Source of the DNA: Candidatus Dormiibacterota bacterium
GTDB lineage: Bacteria > Patescibacteriota > Saccharimonadia > UBA4664 > DATLOE01
DNA: 64,000 nucleotides
Direction: 5' to 3'
Assembly: GCA_035536395.1 (NCBI GenBank)
Contig: DATLOE010000003.1
Location: 35,713-99,712, forward strand
The position numbers were made by a program, and so were the translations under genes. The notes under the pieces are model-generated. The model saw only the letters and a program-made list of their open reading frames with translations, was not told where the DNA came from and did not search any database. Below are positions 58,319-64,000 of the stretch, in pieces; position 1 is the first letter of the stretch, and every line of letters begins with the position of its first letter.

Positions 58319-60334
58319 TTATTTTTCCAATATTTTTAGCAGCTGTTTTTCATTAATCTGCACGGTGCCGTATTTTTCGGCCTGGGCGATTTTATTCGCC
58401 CCCGGATCTTCCCCCACCACCAAGTAGTCGGTTTCTTTGGTGAGGCTATTCTGCAGTTTGCCGCCTAAGGCCTCTATCCTTTCGCCTCCCGCCTCACGGC
58501 TGAATGCCGCAAGTGTACCGGTAATCACGAAGTTCTTGCCATTCAGCGGCCCCTCTACCTTCTCTATGGGCTGAGGCTGTACACCGTTTGTGAACAGTTT
58601 ATCCAAAAACCGTTGGTGGCGTTCGCTCTGCAGCCAATCATAAACACTTTTTGCTACCACATTACCGATGCCGGGCACTGCTTCCAGCTTTTCAACTGTG
58701 ACACTACAGAAGTTTTCGGGCCTGACAAAATGCGTTGCCAGATCGGCTGCCGTCTGTGCCCCGACATGGCGGATTCCCAGGGCGTAGATAAAGCGATCGA
58801 ACGGTACCTTCTTCCTGGACTGGATACTGTTCACCAAATTGCCGGCCGAAATTTCGGCAAACCGCTCCAGTGCTAAGAGGTCACTCTCTTTCAGTGTAAA
58901 CAGATCGGCCGCGTCCTTTATTAACCCTGTATCCAGCAGCACGTCTACAATCTTCTCCCCCAAGCCTTCAATATCAAAGGCGGCCTTGGAGGCAAAGTGG
59001 ATGATGCGCCCACGCCCTAATGCCGGGCAGTCGAAGTTCACGCAGCGCCACACGGCTTCCTCGGGCTTTTTGAATAGCGCCTTGCCGCAAACCGGACAAT
59101 CTTTGGGCATTACAAATTTCTTTTCCTTACCTGTGCGCAATTTAGGCAGCGGCGCCACTACCTCTGGAATCACATCTCCGGCTTTCTGGATAATCACGGT
59201 ATCCCCAATGCGAATGTCTTTACGGGCAATCTCGCTCTCATTATGCAACGTGGCCATCTGCACGGTAGAGCCGGCTACCACCGTCGGCTCCATAACAGCA
59301 AAGGGAGTTGCTGCACCGGTGCGGCCCATACTTACCATAATATTCTTAATTTTGGTTGTGGCCTGCTCAGCCGGGAACTTGTAGGCGATAGCTCCCCTGG
59401 GTGCCTTACCTACTACCCCAAGGCGGCGGTAGGCATCTTGATCGTTAACCGTTGCCACCAAACCGTCTGTCAGGTAGGGCAACTCTTTGCGCTTTTCTTC
59501 CCACTTGCGGGCAAATTCCATAATTCCTTCTATACCGCGCACCAACTGGCTATGGGGCTCAACTTTAAAGCCAAGCTTAGCGGCCAGCGCATGTTCGGCA
59601 GCGTGAGTGGTTACACCCGACAGCGGAGTAGCTATGGCATAAACATGAAAGCACAGCGGGCGGGCAGCCACTAGCCTTGGGTCTAGCTGCCGAATAGTAC
59701 CGGCGGCAGTATTGCGCGGATTGGCGAATAGCGCCAGGCCGGCTTTCTCTCTAGCCTGGTTCAGCGCCTCAAAGGTCTTCTTATACATTAAAACCTCACC
59801 CCGGATTTCAAGCCTTCCCTTATAAACTTCATCGGGTACAGCGCTATCATGTCGTAGCCGCAGCGGAATCTGCTCGATTGTGCGCAGGTTCGGCGTAACA
59901 TCCTCACCCACCCGGCCATCACCCCTGGTTAGCCCGCGTACCAGCACACCATTCTCATAAATAAGCGTAGCCGCCAGACCATCCATTTTCAGCTCGGCAT
60001 AAAACTCTTCTCTAAAATCCGGTTCCAGCTTCTTTATACGGGTTATCCAGGCCTCGGTCTCTTCCTGGCTAAAGACATCGTTCAAACTCAGCATTGGCAT
60101 CTGGTGGGCGACGCTTGCGAACTTGGGCGAGGGCTGACCAGCTACCCGCTGAGTTGGGGAATCGGAAGTAATCAGATCGGGATGCTCCCGCTCCAGCTGC
60201 TGCAGCTCATGCTTAAGACTATCGGCCGCCGCCTCGCTCATAATCGATTTATCGTGCACATGGTACTGGTAGCGATAATCGTTAATCTGCTCCCGCAGCT
60301 TGGCTACCCGCTCTTTGGCCTGTTCGCGGGTCAT
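58319..60334 (-). CDS. ligA: NAD-dependent DNA ligase (start taken at MTREQAKERV; the track ORF extends to 60424)
   Basis: Active-site lysine in the KMDG-type motif (AELKMDGLA), a zinc finger CPVCG, and a BRCT C-terminus. Confidence 0.92.
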   Translation of the reverse strand: MTREQAKERVAKLREQINDYRYQYHVHDKSIMSEAAADSLKHELQQLEREHPDLITSDSPTQRVAGQPSPKFASVAHQMPMLSLNDVFSQEETEAWITRIKKLEPDFREEFYAELKMDGLAATLIYENGVLVRGLTRGDGRVGEDVTPNLRTIEQIPLRLRHDSAVPDEVYKGRLEIRGEVLMYKKTFEALNQAREKAGLALFANPRNTAAGTIRQLDPRLVAARPLCFHVYAIATPLSGVTTHAAEHALAAKLGFKVEPHSQLVRGIEGIMEFARKWEEKRKELPYLTDGLVATVNDQDAYRRLGVVGKAPRGAIAYKFPAEQATTKIKNIMVSMGRTGAATPFAVMEPTVVAGSTVQMATLHNESEIARKDIRIGDTVIIQKAGDVIPEVVAPLPKLRTGKEKKFVMPKDCPVCGKALFKKPEEAVWRCVNFDCPALGRGRIIHFASKAAFDIEGLGEKIVDVLLDTGLIKDAADLFTLKESDLLALERFAEISAGNLVNSIQSRKKVPFDRFIYALGIRHVGAQTAADLATHFVRPENFCSVTVEKLEAVPGIGNVVAKSVYDWLQSERHQRFLDKLFTNGVQPQPIEKVEGPLNGKNFVITGTLAAFSREAGGERIEALGGKLQNSLTKETDYLVVGEDPGANKIAQAEKYGTVQINEKQLLKILEK

Positions 60335-61107
60335 TTTAATTCCCTGTAGAGCCGGTGAAGGTATAGAGTTGAGGGCGGCAGAACCGCCAGCGCCAAAAGA
60401 ATCTGCAGAATAATTGCCGGCCAAGCTTCGCCTGCAATCGCAGATAACCCCAGCAGGGCGGTTGAGAGCAAGGCGATAATTAGAAGCATAACGGCGGCCA
60501 GAGCCAGTACGCGACTCATCACCTGCCAGAGGCGGCCACCCACTAGTGCCCGGCTCGATTTCAGTGCTTCAATCGGCCCCTGTTTGGTTTCTGACACAAT
60601 GAAGATACTGAATATTGCCTGGCTGACCAAGAGCAGACTGGGCAGTGCCAGTACAATTGCCAGCAGCCCCAGCATCAGCTTTTCCGCACCGGTCATTAGT
60701 CCGGAAGGCTCGGTAATTCCTAAGTTAAATATCAGCAGGCCGAGCGTGAGAGGCAGCATTATGGCGAAGAATACGAAGCCCAAGAGAATCGTCCGCACTA
60801 GCATAGATGAGCCCTCGTAGTAGGCCTGTTTGATAGTTGCTCGTTTGCGGTTTTTTGCGACAACGGCCCACAACAGCGCGGCATTCATAATTACATTGGC
60901 AATCGTAAGGTAGGCCGAAAGCACCGTGTCGGCTGTAGGGTCGGCAACTAGACTGGCTACTATTGCTACCGGCACCGTTACAAGCAAAATAATACCGGTC
61001 AGTAAGCGCCAATTCTCTCGGTAGTCTCCAAGTGCGCTCCGCATTAATTGCCGGAACCCGGGCAGGGGTTCGGGAGCGGCAATAAGTCGGGATAGGCGAG
61101 CAAACAT
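60331..61107 (-). CDS. Polytopic membrane protein, hypothetical
   Basis: 258 aa with about 6 TM segments. Translationally coupled to ligA and htpX. Confidence 0.5.
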   Translation of the reverse strand: MFARLSRLIAAPEPLPGFRQLMRSALGDYRENWRLLTGIILLVTVPVAIVASLVADPTADTVLSAYLTIANVIMNAALLWAVVAKNRKRATIKQAYYEGSSMLVRTILLGFVFFAIMLPLTLGLLIFNLGITEPSGLMTGAEKLMLGLLAIVLALPSLLLVSQAIFSIFIVSETKQGPIEALKSSRALVGGRLWQVMSRVLALAAVMLLIIALLSTALLGLSAIAGEAWPAIILQILLALAVLPPSTLYLHRLYRELK

Positions 61108-61997
61108 TACGGCTTGTGCTCCATCGCACGGAGTTTAGCAATACGGTCTTCTGCCGGCGGATGAGTGCTGAACAGGCGCGCAATACCACCGGTAACCCCT
61201 TTACCCGGCCCGAACGGGCTTGCGATGTAGAGGTGGGCGGTAGCGGTAGAGGCATGGTGCACCGGCTCATGAGCGGCTGATATCTTCTCTAGCGCGCTAG
61301 CCAGACCTTCCGGATAACGTGTCAAGAGAGCGGCTGTAGCATCGGCCAGGTACTCGCGGCGGCGCGAAACAGCGAGCTGGATGACGGTCGCAATGAGTGG
61401 AGCCAGCAGCGCCATGACGATTCCGACTATGAAGAATATCGGGTTAGGGCTGCTGTCTTCCTCACCGCCAAAGAAATTGGCATGGAAGAAGAAATCACTT
61501 AGCAAGGAGATAATACTGACCAGCGCAGCCGTCACGCTCATCAGACGGATGTCGTAATTACCAATGTGAGCCATTTCGTGTGCCAGTACGCCCTCCACCT
61601 CTTCATCTTCCAGCCGCTCAATCAAACCGGTCGTTACCGCCACCACGGCATTATTCGGATTGCGTCCGGTTGCAAATGCGTTGGGTGCCGGATCGTCAAT
61701 CAAATATACCTTAGGCATCGGCAGGCCGGCAGTAATGGAGAGATTTTCTACCATTCGATAGAGCTGGGGCGCGTCTTTTTTAGCTATCGGGTGTGCGCCA
61801 GACATACCAAGCGCGATTTTGGCCGACATGAAGTAGGTAACAATCGAGTACACCAAAGCGCCTATGCCCACGAAATAAAAGATTCCAGGATTAGAGTAGC
61901 CCTGGGCAAAGATGTAGCCAATAGTAGAAACGAAGGCCACGAATACGGCCATTAGCAAGAACGTCTTACGTTTGTTGGCGGCAATCTGGCTATACAT
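61107..61997 (-). CDS. htpX: M48 zinc metalloprotease HtpX
   Basis: Contains HEMAHIGNYD. Confidence 0.85.
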   Translation of the reverse strand: MYSQIAANKRKTFLLMAVFVAFVSTIGYIFAQGYSNPGIFYFVGIGALVYSIVTYFMSAKIALGMSGAHPIAKKDAPQLYRMVENLSITAGLPMPKVYLIDDPAPNAFATGRNPNNAVVAVTTGLIERLEDEEVEGVLAHEMAHIGNYDIRLMSVTAALVSIISLLSDFFFHANFFGGEEDSSPNPIFFIVGIVMALLAPLIATVIQLAVSRRREYLADATAALLTRYPEGLASALEKISAAHEPVHHASTATAHLYIASPFGPGKGVTGGIARLFSTHPPAEDRIAKLRAMEHKP

Positions 61998-62554
61998 TAT
62001 GCCTCCTGGTTACTACTTACGGGTGGTGGCGCTGGCATTGGGGCGGGAGCAGGCTGCAAATTCACCGCATGCATATTACCAGAAATATCGGTGACTCGCG
62101 GAGGCTCGGGTGCAAGTGGAGGAGTTGGAGTAGGTTCCGGCTGCGGTTCAGCTTGGCTAGGTACATCGGGCTCATTCGGCTCCGAGACCGGTTCTTCTGT
62201 TGCCTCCTCGGCCACCTCCGGTTCTGGTTCTGGTTCAGACTCAGTAAATTTGTCTGATTGCATTCTGGCAAGCAGGGCTTCTGCCTGCTGACCCAAGCTG
62301 CCGGTATCAATTGCCGGGAAGGTCTTATGCACCAGCTCCAGCTCGGCAGCTAGAGCCACTACCGCATCGGTACTGGCTTTGCGTTCGGCGGCCAGATCCT
62401 GAGCCACACAGACGGGAATAGCCACGGCCGATTCGCGCAGACGCTGCAATAATGGGTCGTTATCCTGGCGGGTAAACTCATCGCACAGCTTACTGAGGCT
62501 TTGGCTAAGTTTTACTGCCTCCTGCCAAGCGTAAGTTTTCTTAACTTCTTCCAT
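61997..62554 (-). CDS. Hypothetical protein with a Pro/Glu-rich C-terminal half
   Basis: 185 aa with (EP)n and PAPAP tracts. Confidence 0.45.
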   Translation of the reverse strand: MEEVKKTYAWQEAVKLSQSLSKLCDEFTRQDNDPLLQRLRESAVAIPVCVAQDLAAERKASTDAVVALAAELELVHKTFPAIDTGSLGQQAEALLARMQSDKFTESEPEPEPEVAEEATEEPVSEPNEPDVPSQAEPQPEPTPTPPLAPEPPRVTDISGNMHAVNLQPAPAPMPAPPPVSSNQEA

Positions 62555-62562
62555 GCTCGTCC

Positions 62563-63120
62563 TTAACTAAAGTTAACTTCGGTTGGCTTTTCGATTACGG
62601 CTTGATCTTCAACTTCAAAGAATGAGCGCGGCTTAAAGCCCAGCATGCCGGCAAATAGATTCGTGGGGAATACACCTAGTTTGATGTTTAGATCTCGCAC
62701 ATTGCCGTTATAAAAGCGGCGGGCAGCCTGAATCTTATTCTCTGTATCTACCAGTTCATCCTGCAGTTCCTGAAAATTACTGCTGGCTTTTAGCTCTGGG
62801 TAATCCTCAGCGACGGCAAACAGGCTCTTTAGGGTTGATGACAGTTGGTTTTCGGCCTCGGCTTTATGCGCTACGTCATTAGTACCCATGGCTGCCGAGC
62901 GAGCGGCTGTGACGTTTTCGAACACCTTTGATTCATGCTTGGCATAACCCTTAACAGCGTTTACCAGATTAGGTATTAGATCGTAACGCCGCTTCAGCTG
63001 GATGTTTATATCGCTCCAGGCCTCGTCTGTCCTGAGCTTAGCCATTACCAAGCTGTTATAAGTAAACCAGACGAACAGTATTACGATTGCTACTATGCCT
63101 AAAATAATCCAGAGTGTCAT
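62563..63120 (-). CDS. lemA: LemA-family protein
   Basis: N-terminal TM segment followed by the conserved LemA region (RRYDLIPNLVNAVKGYAKHE). Confidence 0.85.
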   Translation of the reverse strand: MTLWIILGIVAIVILFVWFTYNSLVMAKLRTDEAWSDINIQLKRRYDLIPNLVNAVKGYAKHESKVFENVTAARSAAMGTNDVAHKAEAENQLSSTLKSLFAVAEDYPELKASSNFQELQDELVDTENKIQAARRFYNGNVRDLNIKLGVFPTNLFAGMLGFKPRSFFEVEDQAVIEKPTEVNFS

Positions 63121-63142
63121 TTTTATTCCCTTATTTAAGATA

Positions 63143-63152
63143 ATTATACCAT
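63143..63152 (-). promoter_or_regulatory. Extended -10 promoter (TGGTATAAT) for lemA
   Basis: Minus-strand sense ggTATAAT with a TG at -14. Confidence 0.35.
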
Positions 63153-63183
63153 ACCAACAGGTTCAAAAAAGCTAAAAAGTTAA

Positions 63184-63206
63184 AGCGGCCTCTTACGAGA
63201 CCGCTT
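63184..63206 (-). terminator. Intrinsic terminator (agcggtctc-gtaa-gaggccgct followed by a T-rich tract on the minus strand)
   Basis: Seen in the sequence. Confidence 0.5.
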
Positions 63207-63236
63207 AGGTGCTGCGGGAAATGATGCTCAAGCGAA

Positions 63237-63539
63237 CTAGTTCGATATTGCATCGTACTGCAGTAGGTGCAGCTCTTCGCGTACTTGAGCTCTAAGCTCA
63301 TCGGTACTGAGTTTGGTCGAAAACGTCAAGCTTCCCATGGCCCTGTCTTCGGCAAGTTTCAAGAACTTGTTCAAGTCCCTTTCCGAGATCAGGATCTCCT
63401 CCCTCAAGCCGGCTCCAGATCGGCTGCAGTAGGCTTCCCACGCAAGGGCTGCATCGTTGTAGCGGATGCGAAAGGCAACCAGCTTCTTGCTGCTCTTGGT
63501 CAAAACCGCCATGTCAATCTCCCCTTTTTTGTATCTCAA
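63237..63539 (-). CDS. Hypothetical small protein (100 aa)
   Basis: ORF followed by a terminator. Confidence 0.4.
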   Translation of the reverse strand: MRYKKGEIDMAVLTKSSKKLVAFRIRYNDAALAWEAYCSRSGAGLREEILISERDLNKFLKLAEDRAMGSLTFSTKLSTDELRAQVREELHLLQYDAISN

Positions 63540-63650
63540 AAGTTTTGGTTTACAGGCTAGGCTACTCCAACGTAAGTACTATTGCAAGCCCAGGAAGCAC
63601 TCTCCAAATGAAAAAGCGGCCCTCCTAATGAGAGCCGCTTGAAAAGCTGG

Positions 63651-64000
63651 CTACTGAGGCCACTCGTGACGGTTACTCAAGCTGTGACATCTTGGCCAAC
63701 GCTCATCTCCGAAATACTCTTTCGTCATGCCGCACTTTCGGCAGCGGCCACTCTCTGCGAAAACATCCTCGATATTTACCGACTTCCTCTCATCCCCATC
63801 TGGTGCCAACCGGTACCCCTCAATGACTACTCCCCGTCCATGTTCGCGGTAGATCATTTGAGTGCGAATACCGCGACGGGAAAGCTCACGAAGGCCTCCA
63901 GCCCAAAATAGCTGGTCGTTTCGCGAAGCAACGTAGGGAATCACTCCGGTGGCAATTCCAAGATCACGAGAGGTTTGATGGTCTACATACGCGGAACGTA
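63651..64000 (-). CDS. Hypothetical protein, partial (continues past the window end)
   Basis: Open reading frame continues beyond position 64000. Confidence 0.35.
   Translation of the reverse strand, partial: RSAYVDHQTSRDLGIATGVIPYVASRNDQLFWAGGLRELSRRGIRTQMIYREHGRGVVIEGYRLAPDGDERKSVNIEDVFAESGRCRKCGMTKEYFGDERWPRCHSLSNRHEWPQ

Noticed and set aside
1-64000. CRISPR arrays, rRNA genes, prophage, integrase or transposase, IS elements
   Set aside because: No regularly spaced short direct repeats, no rRNA-like conserved stretches, and no proteins with integrase, transposase or phage structural signatures (the collagen fibres lack any phage gene context). The only recurrent short repeat is the promoter-associated CTTATGCTT motif, which is irregularly spaced.

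Overview
This 64 kb window is a bacterial chromosomal segment, with nearly all genes on the minus strand. It is built on a conserved information-processing backbone: rpoB-rpoC-rpsL-rpsG-fusA-tuf-rpsJ-rplC-rplD-rplW, clpP-tig, a tRNA-Leu, rsmD, recG, tyrS, a class A PBP, clpC-radA-yacL(PIN/TRAM), nusA, yraN-rnhB-rplS, dnaE, gatCAB, ligA and a lemA-htpX cluster. TGA is used as a stop codon. The gene content and Firmicutes-like synteny suggest a Gram-positive-like lineage, possibly Patescibacteria (Saccharibacteria-like), but that is a guess.

The backbone is interrupted by accessory blocks at three normally contiguous junctions:
- rpsJ|rplC (about 10.4 kb): two tandem membrane-anchored collagen-like fibre proteins with different head domains, a KGG stress protein, paralogous 4-TM proteins with a Cys-rich micro-protein, and two HExxH proteins. 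A recurrent inverted-repeat motif, CTTATGCTT / AAGCATAAG, sits in their promoters.
- rpsG|fusA (about 3.4 kb): a wHTH-Nudix regulator divergent from a four-gene operon of unknown proteins.
- fusA|tuf (about 1.8 kb): a PyrD-like flavoenzyme and one unknown.

In addition, a membrane-protein gene is inserted inside gatCAB, and several promoters imply leaderless mRNAs. I found no rRNA, CRISPR array, integrase or transposase.

Coordinates I derived by hand may be off by 1-2 nt.
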